Notes under the pieces: model-generated | Told to the model about the DNA's origin: nothing | Database searches by the model: none | Seen by the model: only the letters and a program-made list of their open reading frames with translations | NCBI GenBank assembly: GCA_951406725.2 | Contig: OX597835.1 | Span: 30,194,001 to 30,258,000, forward strand | Origin: Octopus vulgaris | Lineage: Eukaryota | Reading direction: 5' to 3' | Length of the DNA stretch: 64,000 nt | In this document: piece by piece, positions 27,723 to 41,712 of the stretch | How the letters are laid out: every line of letters begins with the position of its first letter | How positions within the stretch are numbered: the stretch's first letter is position 1 | Program-made: the position numbers and the translations under genes

Positions 27723-27985
27723 AACACATACACCACACACAAACATATCTAAAATTAGTGTACATTTAAACACAAGAGAGGCGATCTTTAACCGGCAGCC
27801 TTACATGCTAGAAGTAGCAGTCAAAAGGACCAGTACCACATTTAAGAGTAATTTCGCAGGGAATGAAAAATTGAAACTTTTATCTTGTTTTGTACTGCCA
27901 TACATAGATTTTGAACTCTAATTAGCAAATATTATTTTTTGCTAAGCGAAGTTCTCATCAGTGGCTACGCCAAAACATCAACATG

Positions 27986-28036
<51 letters not shown>

Positions 28037-28087
28037 TGGTATGTGTGTGTGTCTTTGTGTGTGAATATTATATGTATATGTATATGT

Positions 28088-28166
<79 letters not shown>

Positions 28167-28169
<3 letters not shown>

Positions 28170-28392
28170 TTGCAATTATGTAAAAGTGTCTTAACTCCAA
28201 ATCGAAACAATAGGTTCGCCTTTCCATAGCAAAACCGTTGAATTACACTTTGACAATTTTGATATCTGAGGCAGTTGCAGATACGATAGTTTGACAAAAA
28301 GAACCGGCTATTGCGATTAAAACTAAATACTGAGTTTAAAAAATGCCTTTGGCCAAATGTGTACATAAGACAGTTTAACGTAATAGCAACGA
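28167..28392. mobile_element. 226-bp MITE in (TA)n
   Basis: TIR cgttgcaattatgtaaaagtgtctta versus reverse complement cgttgctattacgttaaactgtctta (22/26). Confidence 0.7.
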
Positions 28393-28477
28393 TATATATA
28401 TTATGTGGTAAGTCTTCTCGAAATAATGTTATAATAAAAAAAAAGCCACACGTGTTGTGATTATAGCTGCTCAGATG

Positions 28478-29513
28478 GAAAGGGGAACTCGATTACATCT
28501 ACACCAGTGTCCAACTGGTACTTATTGTATCGACTCCGAAGTAGGAAAGCTAATTTGACATCGATGGAATTTGAAATTAGAACCTAAAGACGAACGAAAT
28601 ACCGTTAGAACGTTTTACCAGGCATGCTAACGATTCTGACATCTCACCGTATTACTATATTCTTATATATATATATATATATATATTCTTTCTACTATTG
28701 ACACAAGGTCTGAAATTTGGATGGGGGTGGTTAAGTCAATTACATCAACCCCATTATGCAACTGGTACTTAATTTATCGATCCCCGAAAGGATGAAAAGC
28801 AAAGGCAACCTCGGCGGAACTTGAACTCAGAACTTAGCAACAGGAGAAATACCTATTTCTTTACTACCCACAACGGGAGAAATACCTATTTCTTTACTAC
28901 CCACAACGGGCTAAACACAGAGAGGACAAACAAGGACAGACAAACGGATTAAGTCGATTATATCGACCCCAGTACGTAACTGGTACTTATTTAATCGACT
29001 CTGAAAGGATGAAAGGCAAAGTCGACCTCGGCGGAATTTGAACTCAGAACGTAAAGACAAACGAAATACCTATTTATTTACTATCCACAAGGGGCTAAAC
29101 ATAGAGCGGACAAACAAGGACAGACATAGGTATTAAGTCTATTACATCGACCCCACTGCGTAACTGGTACTTAATTTATCGACCCCGAAAGGATGAAAGG
29201 CAAAGTCGACCTGGGTAGAATTTGAACTGAGAACATAAAACACAAACGAAATACCGCTAAGCATTTCGCCCGGCGTACTAACGTTTCTGCCAGCTCGGCG
29301 CCTTACTATATTATTTATTCTAGGCACAAGACCCGGAATTTGGGGGAGGGGGGCTGTATTTAGATCGGCTCCAGCACGCAACTGGTACTTAATTTATCGA
29401 CACCGAAAGGAGGAATAGCAAAGTCCAACTCGGCAGAACTCAGAACGGAGCAACGGGAGAGATACTGCTAAGTATTTCACCCAGCGTGCTGACGATTCTG
29501 CCAGCTCGCCGCC
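28478..29513 (-). mobile_element. Cluster of three co-oriented SINE A copies, including a trimer (28686-29302)
   Basis: Heads near 28650, 29302 and 29513; repeated ccgaaaggatgaaaggcaaagtcgacc-like units. Confidence 0.88.
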
Positions 29514-29778
29514 TTACAATAATATTCAAACACGAACTAGAGAAATAGCAACAATGAATACAAGAGCAACAACAACAACAAATTAAACAAGAAGAGCAAA
29601 CAGCATCAATTAGTATGAAAGGTAAATATATAAAACTGTACCAGCAATTTCTGAGACTATAGAACCATTTTATCTTGCACGTCTTCGAAAAACCTGATAT
29701 CGTTGAAGATGCGTTAAACTATTAAAAGGACAGGAACATAAACCCGAATCTTTGTCATATCAACAATTTTTAGACCGG

Positions 29779-29791
29779 ATTATTATTATTA

Positions 29792-29825
<34 letters not shown>

Positions 29826-29930
29826 CATTATTATTATTATCATCATCATCATTATTATTATTATTATTACTATTATTATTATTATAAATATTATTATTAT
29901 TATTATTATTACTATTATTATTATTATTAC

Positions 29931-29990
<60 letters not shown>

Positions 29991-29995
29991 CATCA

Positions 29996-30029
<34 letters not shown>

Positions 30030-30037
30030 CATCATCA

Positions 30038-30068
<31 letters not shown>

Positions 30069-30086
30069 CATTATTATTATTATTAC

Positions 30087-30131
<45 letters not shown>

Positions 30132-30209
30132 TATTATTATTATTATTATTATCATCATTATTATTATTATTATTATTATTATCATTATTATTATTATTAT
30201 CATTATTAT
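29779..30209. repeat. ~430-bp (ATT)n microsatellite
   Basis: Direct inspection. Confidence 0.97.
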
Positions 30210-30482
30210 AGTTGCTGTTGTTAAGTGTTACATTTGTTAAGATATACATAGTTAAGGTATCGTTAGTTTTGAATGTGTAAGACGATCGTGTCCTTCCGCG
30301 TGCCGTCGTCGAATTTGTGTCAATGGTACGACCGTGATATTTCTCTGTTTATTTAAGTTTCAATTCCCGGTGTTGTTGCGGCGGTTATTCTGCGTGGAGG
30401 TGTGGAATATCTATGTAAATATATATATACATATACATACATACATATATACACATATATATATATATTTATATATATATAC

Positions 30483-30555
<73 letters not shown>

Positions 30556-30622
30556 TTTGCTTCTTCTATATTTACATATATACGTATATACATGCATACA
30601 TATGTGTATCTGTAAGTATGCA

Positions 30623-30662
<40 letters not shown>

Positions 30663-30843
30663 TGTGTATGTGTGTGTGTGTGTGTGTGCTTGTGCGTTTG
30701 TATATATCGCAGCTTTGATCTTTTCCGGCATTGGTGAGTTTATTGTTATTATTAATGTTGATTTTGTTTAATATTTGCTTCCTTAAAAGCTGGTCGCAAT
30801 TAATAAGTTGAGCTCCTTTTATGGCTTAATACTCGCATGATAT

Positions 30844-31050
30844 GGCGGCGAGCTGGCAGAAACGCTAGAACGCCGGGCGAAATGCTTAGCGGTATTTCGT
30901 CTCTTTGTACATTCTGAGTTCAAATTCCGCCGAGGTCGACTTTGCCTTTCATCCTTTTGAAGACGATAAATTAAGTACCAGTTGCGTACTGAGGTCAATC
31001 AAATCAACTGGCCCCTACTCCCAAAATTTCGGGCCTAGAGTCAAAAAGAA
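30844..31050 (+). mobile_element. SINE family A (alternative tail) with degenerate 16-bp TSD
   Basis: aatactcgcatgatat at 30828-30843 versus aatactcgcgtagtat at 31049-31064 (13/16). Confidence 0.85.
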
Positions 31051-31367
31051 TACTCGCGTAGTATCTACAATCCCACTCTGTGTTGTCTTATATTGTTCTT
31101 TGTTTGCAACACACATTACTCTTCTCATTCTTTCACAATCGCTTAACAACCGGTGTTGGTGAGTTTACGTCCCCGTAAATTCGCAGTTCGTGAGAAGAGA
31201 TGGCCAGAATAAGTACTAGCCTTACAAAGAATAAGACCTGGGATCGATCTGTTCGACTAAAAGGCGGTGTTTCAGCATGGCCGCAGTCAAATGACTGAAA
31301 CAAATAAAATAATAAAATATGCATATATATACATACATACATACCTATATATATACATATATATACC

Positions 31368-31904
31368 CATATAACAGGGATGACCACTACCTGGACATCC
31401 ATACGCTAGAAGTACATCAGCAATGATCATACCACTAAGAAAGGAATGTTCTCAAGAAAATTTTAGCAAACACCAGAACATAAGCGAGCAAGACAGATGA
31501 ACAGAAACAAAATATAGATTAATCCAAAACTAGTTTCGCTATTACCACTTACGTAATTACTTACGTATTTGTCCGTAGCTCGTCAGTGTGATCGTCTATG
31601 CAAATATAATTTGCAGAACAGTACACGAGACGTCCGCATGAGATTGAACATGCGTGCAGATCTACCAATTACACTTGGGGTTATCTTTTTGGCGCGCAAA
31701 AATACCGGAAATAATTCTGGAGAACTTAAATTTCTGCAGTAAATTTTGCCGGTTAGAGAACATAGTTATTTAAATTAAATTTAAAATAATAAGTGTGAAA
31801 AACTGAATATTAATTTGATTAATATCATTTTAAAACCAGTGGTGTAGCATATTAAACCCTGAAGATACAGAAAAATGATATTACATTCATATAAGAGGGA
31901 TGAC

Positions 31905-31909
<5 letters not shown>
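31368..31909 (-). mobile_element. Hammerhead-bearing 520-bp unit with 22-bp terminal redundancy
   Basis: catataa(c/g)agggatgaccacta at 31368-31389 and 31888-31909; relatives at 32650-32787 and 52278-52578. Confidence 0.72.
31521..31593 (-). ncRNA. Type-I hammerhead ribozyme motif, stem I degenerate
   Basis: Minus strand: GATCACA-CTGACGA-GCTA..TAGC-GAAA-CTA-GTT-TTGGATT; stem III in palindrome AACTAGTT. Confidence 0.6.
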
Positions 31910-31943
<34 letters not shown>

Positions 31944-32090
31944 AAAAGCAATAAAGATTCAAGTTAATTTAAATGAATTTACTTGAATATGGTACCTAAC
32001 TTAGATGCACCAAAACAAACTATACGGTTTTAACAATACAGTAATGTGGGGTGATTATAAGCGAGAAAGAAGCAACAAGAATGGATAGGT

Positions 32091-32181
32091 TTTTAGTACA
32101 ATCGTTTCATACAAGGACAGGCTTTATTAAAAGTTGCAAAAATTGCAGCATATAAACGTGTCCCGTACTCATCAGCTAAAA
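32091..32181 (-). ncRNA. Type-I hammerhead ribozyme motif
   Basis: Mirror image of 32502-32592. Confidence 0.82.
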
Positions 32182-32501
32182 TACATGTGAGTTCTCTAGA
32201 CATCCTAGTGGTTGAGGCTATACTCATGAAGTAATGTAGATAATTAAGTAACATAAACAGATTTCCAAAGTTCATTAAAGTTCTTTAAAGATGATGTACA
32301 GTCTTATCACAGAATTTTAAAAATGATGTACAGTCTTATCACAGAATTTTAAAACTGATTTTTTAAAATTCTGTGATAAGACTGTACATCATCTTTAAAG
32401 AACTTTAATGAACTTTGGAAATCTGTTTATGTTACTTAATTATCTACATTACTTCATGAGTATAGCCTCAACCACTAGGATGTCTAGAGAACTCACATGT
32501 A

Positions 32502-32592
32502 TTTTAGCTGATGAGTACGGGACACGTTTATATGCTGCAATTTTTGCAACTTTTAATAAAGCCTGTCCTTGTATGAAACGATTGTACTAAAA
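32502..32592 (+). ncRNA. Type-I hammerhead ribozyme motif
   Basis: TTTTAG-CTGATGA(32508-14)-GTACGGGACA..TGTCCTTGTAT-GAAA(32575-78)-CGATT-GTA(32584-86)-CTAAAA; full canonical core. Confidence 0.82.
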
Positions 32593-32789
32593 ACCTATCC
32601 ATTCTTGTTGCTTCTTTCTCGCGTATATATATATATATATATATATATGCTAGACCACTGGTTTCATATGTATGTAATATAATTTTTCTGTATCTTCAGG
32701 GTTTAATATATTAGACCACTGGTTTCAAATTGATATTATTCAAATTAATATTCAATTTTTCACACTTATTATTTTAAATTTAATTTACA

Positions 32790-32837
<48 letters not shown>

Positions 32838-32843
32838 CATACA

Positions 32844-33206
32844 CAGGATGATTCAAAAGTCTCCATACATAGGAAAATTATATTTTAATAAGAGACAGTT
32901 TATAAGATTCCCTGATCTGTTCCCTTTTGATTTCTATTTTGGGGGGCATTTGAAAGGCCTGGTGTATCACGGAAAGATAAAATACACAAATAGTTTGAAG
33001 TATCGCATCACCAACTTATTTGAACACGTATCACCAGATGTGCTATTACGAGTTCGCAATGAGTGGGGTAAACGTATTGCATTGTGTATTCAAAACACTA
33101 GTAACCATATAGAGCCTGTTAAATAACAAAACAAACTTGTTCTTATAAACTGTTTCGTATAAAAAAATAAATTGTTCCTATGTATGGCGACTTTTGAATC
33201 GCTTTG
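32844..33206 (+). mobile_element. Internally deleted Tc1/mariner-superfamily element (rosa/DD41D-like C-terminus) with both TIRs
   Basis: TIRs gattcaaaagtctccatacatagga / tcctatgtatggcgacttttgaatc; remnant PDLFPFDFYFGGHLKGLVY...RIALCIQNTSNHIE. Confidence 0.82.
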
Positions 33207-34261
33207 TTTATATGTATGTATGTATGTATGTATCTATGTAGGTATGTATGTATGTATGTATGTATACATGTATGTATGTATGTATGTATGTATGTATGTA
33301 TGTATGTATGTATGTATACATGTATGTATGTATTTATGTATGTATGTATGTATGTATGTATGTATGTATGTATGTATGTATCAAGGGTTGAAGATAAAAA
33401 TGCAAGAAGAAAAAGTTAGACGAAAGCAGAGTTAACGGGAAAGCAGACGACAACTAAACGGACGGGAAATTAGACAACGACATGATACATGGAATATTCG
33501 CAGCTGAGTTTTGTTCTTCAGTCAAAGAAAAATATGATAGTAGTTTCGCGCCAGTTATCTTTGATACTGCTCAAGTTTGCAGGCGCCAGCATCTTTATTA
33601 AGCTACTGGTGAAAAGTTAACGAATGTGTGCTGAGTTGGAAACAAACAAGACACTATATAAATACAACTGACAACGAATTATGCATATACAACAGCCCGA
33701 AGTGTTAGGAGCAGGTGTGGCTGTGTAGTGAACTTTATGCTTCACTACCACATGGTACTGGGTTCAGTTCCACTGTGTGTTGCCTCAAGCAAATGTCTTC
33801 TAATATAGCTCCCATGGCTTGTGAGTGCATTTGGGAGACGAAAACTAAAGTAAGTTTGTGATATATAGGTTTGTGTGTGTGTATGTGTATGTCTCTGTGC
33901 ACGTGTAAGTGTGTGTTTTTGAATACACCATCACTTCACACCCAGTCTTGGTTTATTTACCACCCGCAACTTAGCTCTTCAGCAAATTGTGTTACATGAA
34001 CAAAGTCCACGTTCACAAAAATAAGTGCTTGGGGTTGAATTATTCGACAAAACTTTCTAAATATTTGCCCCAGCATGGTCGGAGTCTAGTGGTTGACACA
34101 AAAAGAACATAAATATATTTTAGATAAGAGATAAGAGCAGAGCAATATGACTGAATATATATATTGTTGTCTTAGCATTTATCTTACAATATATCTCTTT
34201 CTCTTTGTACATATCAATTATTATGTCTATCTATCTATTTACTTATCTCTATGTATGTATG

Positions 34262-34304
<43 letters not shown>

Positions 34305-34314
34305 ATCTATCCAC

Positions 34315-34374
<60 letters not shown>

Positions 34375-34928
34375 ATATATATATATATATCTATCTATCC
34401 ATCTCGACATCTACCTATCACCCAATCGCCGTTCTATCTCCTTCCGCTTCTCTTCTCTCACTCCTCCCATTGAAATCATCTTAGCCATTTCCATTTCCGA
34501 AGATAACCTTTCAAAACTTCACAGACCCATCATTCTTACGGACCATCTCAGAAACTGGCCATGACAACCTTACACCCTCACATACTTCCCAATGTGTCTA
34601 TCACCATTTCACACCCACACCTTGCTTCTACTTCTCTTTCACGTTTCATTCTTATTATCTCTCTCACTTACTCTCAATCTCTCTCTCTCTCTCTCTCTCT
34701 CTCCAGATTTTGCTCACTGTGTCATTCTTGCTCCATCTTTATCACTCCATTTGCTACATTCATTCGCCTGTATTTGCATGCATCTGTGTATGTATGTATA
34801 TGTATGTATGCATGTATGTATGTAAGTAAACATAATTATATAAACATACAAACGCATCTATGGATATATATACACTCGCATACATATATACGTGCCTAAC
34901 TCTCATAACATTTCGTTAGTTATTTCGG

Positions 34929-34961
<33 letters not shown>

Positions 34962-35004
34962 ATATATATATATATATCTATATATATATATACATATATA
35001 TATA

Positions 35005-35070
<66 letters not shown>

Positions 35071-35125
35071 AATATATATATATATATATACATATATATA
35101 TCTGTCTGTCTATCTATCGATCTAT

Positions 35126-35185
<60 letters not shown>

Positions 35186-35222
35186 TTCTATTTTTCCATG
35201 TATGTATGTATGCATGTATATA

Positions 35223-35293
<71 letters not shown>

Positions 35294-35382
35294 TCCTCTC
35301 AAAAAGAAAAGCTTTACTTTGCATTTTGTCCCCTCTGTGTTCAGCCCTGTGCGGCCAATAAAGAAACATATCTATCTATCTG

Positions 35383-35461
<79 letters not shown>

Positions 35462-36135
35462 GCCTATCTCTCTATCTTCTGTCTGTCTATGTATCTATCA
35501 CATTCTCTCACCGTACGACTGCCCTCCCCCACCAATTCCACATACCCATGCATTCTCTCCATACCACGGTATCCCCGCTCTACCTTCCCTCTTCTCCTCT
35601 ACTACCCATCACCTCACCCTTTCTAACTCCCCCTTTCCCTTTCCCTTCTCCTCCCGCCCCCCGTTTTGCAAGCAAGTCCCCCATTTATCTGTCCATTTCA
35701 AAATACAACCATTTCCAGCCAACGCCCATTCGCTTCCCACTCACCCCCCACAAACAGCCACCACAACCATCTCCACCACAGGCACCGCCACCAACAGCAT
35801 CATCACCACTACCATAACAACAACAACAACAACAACAATAACATAACGTCATACATCACCGTATACAACACAAGACACCACCACCACCAGGTCTTACCAT
35901 ACTGCAGCGCCACCTGCCGGCCACTTTTATCCTCCATCAAACCCACTTAACATGTTTACCTTTTACTGCGTGAAAGCTAGCCACACACACAAACACACTG
36001 TGTGTATATGTGCGCATATTAGTGTGTCTGTGCAAGAATATAGACAAACTTTTAGTATGTGTGTGCATGTATGTATGCATACGTATTATACACACGTACA
36101 TACATACAAACATACATACGTACACACATACATAA

Positions 36136-36188
<53 letters not shown>

Positions 36189-36238
36189 CGTATGTATATA
36201 TACACACGCACATATATGTGTATATATATATACATACG

Positions 36239-36314
<76 letters not shown>

Positions 36315-36511
36315 GTATATATACATATATGTGTATGTATATACATACGTATATAAATATATATATATATATATTTATGTATATATATAAATATATATAG
36401 ACACACGCACATATATGTGTATGTATATACATACGTATATAAATATATATATATATATAAATTTATGTTTATATATATAAATATATATAGAGACATACAT
36501 ACATACATACA

Positions 36512-36578
<67 letters not shown>

Positions 36579-37395
36579 TACGGAGAATATCATTGATTTA
36601 GAAAAAGAATTCGTTAAAGATAGCTCTTGAAACACATTTATTTCATTGCGTCTCACCGCCATATCGCATCGACATTATCACTGTCGTACCACATCATCGT
36701 ACAACTCCACCACCATCCCCGACATAACTATCACATCATCATCACAAAACCATCTCGCCATCTCCACTCTCGTCCCATCACAATATAACACCGAGCCCCA
36801 CTCACCACCACGCTACGTAACAGTACTCTCCTGGTGTTGAACTCCTGTGTATTTCTCTCTGTGCTTTACAACCTGCGAGTGTCATACATTCTTGTTTTAT
36901 TAATGTCCGATAAAAATGCTCGTCCGCTACAAACTCGTATATTAAACCACCAAAAACGTTTCCTAAGAGCATATTCTGAAGGTGAGCATTCTCGCTCAAC
37001 GATTTATGTGATATTCGACACAAGCTGGTATTTGCGTTATCAGTTTAAACATTCTCATTATTTTTCTTAAATACCGTTGTTTACCGGAAATCAGGAAATG
37101 CCAGAATCACCGTTTAGTTCTTTTCCTACTATTGTTGTTGTTGTTGTAGATGTTGCTATTGTTATTTAGATCTATATCAGCCCTGACTTAGTAAATAGAA
37201 TCAGGTGATTCCTGGCTCAAGTTAGCTGGCACTCCCCGTCGTGACGGTGACGAAGGTTCCAATTGATCCGATCAACGGAACAGCCTGTTCGTGAAATTAT
37301 CCTCTGCAAGTGGCATAGCACTCCATAGGCACTTGTGCCCTTAACGTAGCTTTCAGTGACAGACACAGCGTGACACGGAATTTGTCTCACAGTAA

Positions 37396-37632
37396 AATAC
37401 CTATTTCTTTACTACCCACAAGGGGCTAAACATAGAGGGGACAAACAAGAACAGACATAGGTTTTAAGTCGATTACATCGACCCCAGTGCGGAACTGGTA
37501 CTAAATTTATCGACCCCGAAAGGATGAAAGGCAAAGTCAACCTCGGCGGAATTTGAACTCAGAACGTAACGGCAGACGAAATACCGCTAAGTATTACACC
37601 CGGCGTGCTAACGATTCTGCCAGCTCGCCGCC
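37396..37632 (-). mobile_element. SINE family A monomer
   Basis: Same head, B-box and body as other copies. Confidence 0.9.
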
Positions 37633-37634
37633 AG

Positions 37635-37706
<72 letters not shown>

Positions 37707-38260
37707 GAGACAAGTATTCCCTGTATAGAAGACTTCGCTGTGCTCAACAGATTGAAGCTTGAGCAGGTAGAGGATGTAAGGACAAGCATCGCCGGCAGGT
37801 CGATATACAAAAAAAATATTAAATGCATTTAATAAAAAATATGTACATAGGTTTACATATATAACGGTCCGACATAAACAAAATCGAAATGATCTCGTTA
37901 TATCATTCAACTACAGTAGTAATTGAATAATATTCTTAAGGCCGCAATTTACTCACTCGCAGCGTTATTCAGAACTTGTCGCTAATTCAGTTCTTAAGTA
38001 AATGGAAAACTGTTAATAGTTTTGAAGAGAACAAATCCCTAGCTATATTTTGTTATAAAAATATTGGGATTTGGTCCAGTAGAAAAAAGTTTCACCAATC
38101 AAGTTACGATCTAAATAACTTTTTTATTTTAAAAGCAAAATATAGTTATCTTAGCTTCAATGAGAGAAGAGAGCGTGAAGAATTTCATAGTTTTGGTCCC
38201 TAGCAACAACAATTTGTATCATTTATATATCTATAGATAGATAATGTGTTTTGATATATA

Positions 38261-38602
38261 TGTGAAGCCGCATGGCTCAGTGGTTAGAACGTCGAGCTTA
38301 CGATCGTGAGGTTGTGAGCTCGAATCCCGGACCGGGCTGCGTGTTGTGTTCTTGAGCAAGACACTTTATTTCACGTTGCTCCAGTTCACTCAGCTGTAGA
38401 AATGAGTTGCGACGTCACTGGTGCCAAGCTGTATCGACCTTTGTCTTTCCCTTGGATAACACTGGTGGCGTGGAGAGGAGAGGCTGGTATGCATGGGCGA
38501 CTGCTGGCCTTCCATAAACAACCTTGCCCGGACTTGTGTCTAGGAGGGTAACTTTCTAGGTGCAATCCCATGGTCATTCATGACCGAAGGGGGTCTTTAC
38601 CC

Positions 38603-38603
<1 letters not shown>
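38261..38603 (+). mobile_element. tRNA-derived SINE family C, full-length
   Basis: A box tggctcagtgg, B box gagctcgaatcc, then gtgttgtgttcttgagcaagacactt. Confidence 0.88.
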
Positions 38604-38637
<34 letters not shown>

Positions 38638-38662
38638 AAACAAGCAACAAGAATGACTCCGG

Positions 38663-38755
38663 TAATTTGGTACGATCGTTTCGTACTACATCATTTTATT
38701 AAATGCTGTAAGTATTACAACATATTTAAGAAGCTGAGTACTCATCAGCCAATTA
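38663..38755 (-). ncRNA. Type-I hammerhead ribozyme motif in element fragment 38635-38880
   Basis: Minus strand: TAATTGG-CTGATGA-GTACT..AGTAC-GAAA-CGATC-GTA-CCAAATTA; stem III palindrome ACGATCGT. Confidence 0.82.
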
Positions 38756-38898
38756 TAGAGGTTTTCCATCAATACAAAAATTTTCAAATCAAGTGGCAAC
38801 ATTATAGAGAAGGTAGATACACAGAAAAAGATGTGGATTTAAATTTTAAGAACATATGAGGTAGTGAAGTCCTTCCACTGACTGACTAAGATATGGCT

Positions 38899-39001
<103 letters not shown>

Positions 39002-39159
39002 TAATAAATAATAAAAATAATATTAATAACGATGATGACAATAATAATAATAATAACAACAACATTGATGTAAATAGTGATAATAGCAATACCAATAATA
39101 TAGGTAGTATAGATAAAAATATGGTAGATGATGATGATGGTGAGGATGGATTAATAACC

Positions 39160-39296
39160 CCCCCCCTGCCGGAGCATCGTGGAGCATTTTAGGTGTTTTC
39201 GCTCAATAAACACTCACAACGCCCGGTCTGGGAATCGAAACCGCGACCCTACGACGGCGAGTTCGGTGCCCTAACCACTGGCCCATTGCGCCTCCA
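39160..39296 (-). mobile_element. 5' part of a further tRNA-derived SINE (family D)
   Basis: Minus strand ggaggcgcaatgggccagtggttagg...ggtttcgattccc followed by non-tRNA body. Confidence 0.7.
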
Positions 39297-39299
39297 TAA

Positions 39300-39510
<211 letters not shown>

Positions 39511-39641
39511 ATAGATATAATTAATTTGTTCAAAAGAAAAAAATTATTTTCGAATTCTTTTCTTTTATGAGGTTTTCACGCTAACTACCCGATAATTTCT
39601 TGTTAAGATCCCTTATTAAGAGGTTATCCTTAATTGTTAAA

Positions 39642-39688
<47 letters not shown>

Positions 39689-39874
39689 CATATATGTATG
39701 TATGTATATATATATATATATGTATGTATGTATATATATATATGCATATGTATATATATATATATGTACATATATATACATACATACATATACATATATA
39801 TAAATGTATATGTATATATAGTTACCTATATATACATATACATATATATAAATGTATATGTATATATAGTTACC

Positions 39875-39913
<39 letters not shown>

Positions 39914-40059
39914 GTACATATATATACATACATACATACACATATAAATGTATATGTATATATAGATACATATATATGTATATGTATATATATATGTACA
40001 TATATACGTATACATATACACATGTCTCTCTCTCTTCCTCCATCTCTCTTTCACAATAC

Positions 40060-40105
<46 letters not shown>

Positions 40106-40410
40106 GTAGGCAGTTTGAAAACAAGGGCCATACGCCCAATATCTAGGCTATTTGCTATTTGTTGAGAAACTGGCCACTACATACGGGCACATACACAGAC
40201 AAGATGTGCACTATATGTGTAGAAGCGTACACCAGATGTACACTATAATGTGGACAATATGTGGTTTTGTTATAGAATGTGTGTGCATAAATGTTGTTCA
40301 AATTTACACGCAGCTAACGTTTGTAAATGCATTAAGGTACATTAGGATGAATGGTAGGAATGTAATACGCACATGGACCGCACAGCAAAATGCGTATGCA
40401 TGTGTATGTA

Positions 40411-40471
<61 letters not shown>

Positions 40472-40959
40472 ATATATATATATATTTGTATGTATATATA
40501 TATATATGATTGTTTTCTCATACATAAATATATCTAGATGATATGCGAGCTTCTGTCATTCCATGTATGTATGTATGTATGTATGTATGTATGTATGTAT
40601 GTATGTATGTATGTATGTATGTGTGCATGTATGTATGTATGTATGTATGTATGTATGTATGTATGTATGTATGTATGTTTGCATGCATGTATGCATGTGT
40701 GTATGTATATTTACATATATGCATATATATATATTCACATATATAAATATCAGTATTTAATAATAAGTAGATAAATGTACAAATATAGGAGAGAGAGCCG
40801 TGTACACACATTTGGAAACATATAAGAGTACAGATATATGAAAATACAGTAATAAATAATAAATATGTACAGAATATTTATTTGTGTACATGATAGACAG
40901 ATAAAGACACGTACACACACACATACTTCGCGAACGTACACACAGAGAAGCATACACGC

Positions 40960-41013
<54 letters not shown>

Positions 41014-41712
41014 TGCGTGGGGGATTACGCTGTTACTGTCGAGAAAACTTACTTTAGACTTCATAACCATTGACAGCCTCCTTCTTCCGGTCAAGTGGAG
41101 GTGGTCATGTGTTAATGGAGTCTGGGTTAGTGGGGGAAGGTAGCAGCTGCATTAGTGTTTTGTCGTGGTGTGGGCGCTAGTATTCGTAGAGGGTGGCTTC
41201 TAATAGCAATGGTGGTAATGGTAGTGATAATGGTGAGCTGGAACGCTTCCGTGGTTGGATAGTGTATATGGCTGTTTGTGCAGTGGACTCCTGTCGTTGT
41301 TCTTCGCAAAGGCGGTGGCAGTGATGGTCATGGTTAGGCTAGCGGTGGGCTTGATGGCGTAGGCAGTGGAGACAGAATAAATGGTGTGATTTGTGGTGGT
41401 CTTGAGACCAAGGTCATGTCCATTATTTTAGACCTTTGACCAATAGCATTCAAGCAATAACCAACTACTATATTTATTTCAATAATCAGGTGTAGTCTAT
41501 CTAGGGATGCATTTGCACACACGTTCATTTTTTCTACTATTTTCCCCTTCTCGTCAGACTTTCCTCTTTTTTTTCTTTAACGAAGAGCGATGATCGAAGC
41601 GTCATTTGAAGGTTAAAACAATTCGAAACGCATTGTGACCAGCGATGTGTAGCAAACATCTGATAGCCTGGTCAGTCACGGTGATCACGGTTATATATAT
41701 ATATATATATAG

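Larger units (their letters stand above)
31942..32622. mobile_element. Hammerhead-bearing fold-back element (~263-bp inverted arms) in (TA)n
   Basis: 32061-32323 is the reverse complement of 32360-32622; the spacer contains a 32-bp tandem duplication. Confidence 0.9.

Noticed and set aside
32093-32590. Two identical 60-aa ORFs on opposite strands
   Set aside because: A by-product of the inverted repeat; they overlap the ribozyme motif and resemble no protein I recognise.
37850-38240. Possible third Helitron
   Set aside because: The 5' end is plausible on minus, but no hairpin-CTAG end was found.
38261-38345. Genuine tRNA genes at SINE heads (also 39215-39296, 14689)
   Set aside because: A and B boxes are present, but no clean cloverleaf or terminator; they continue into repeat bodies.
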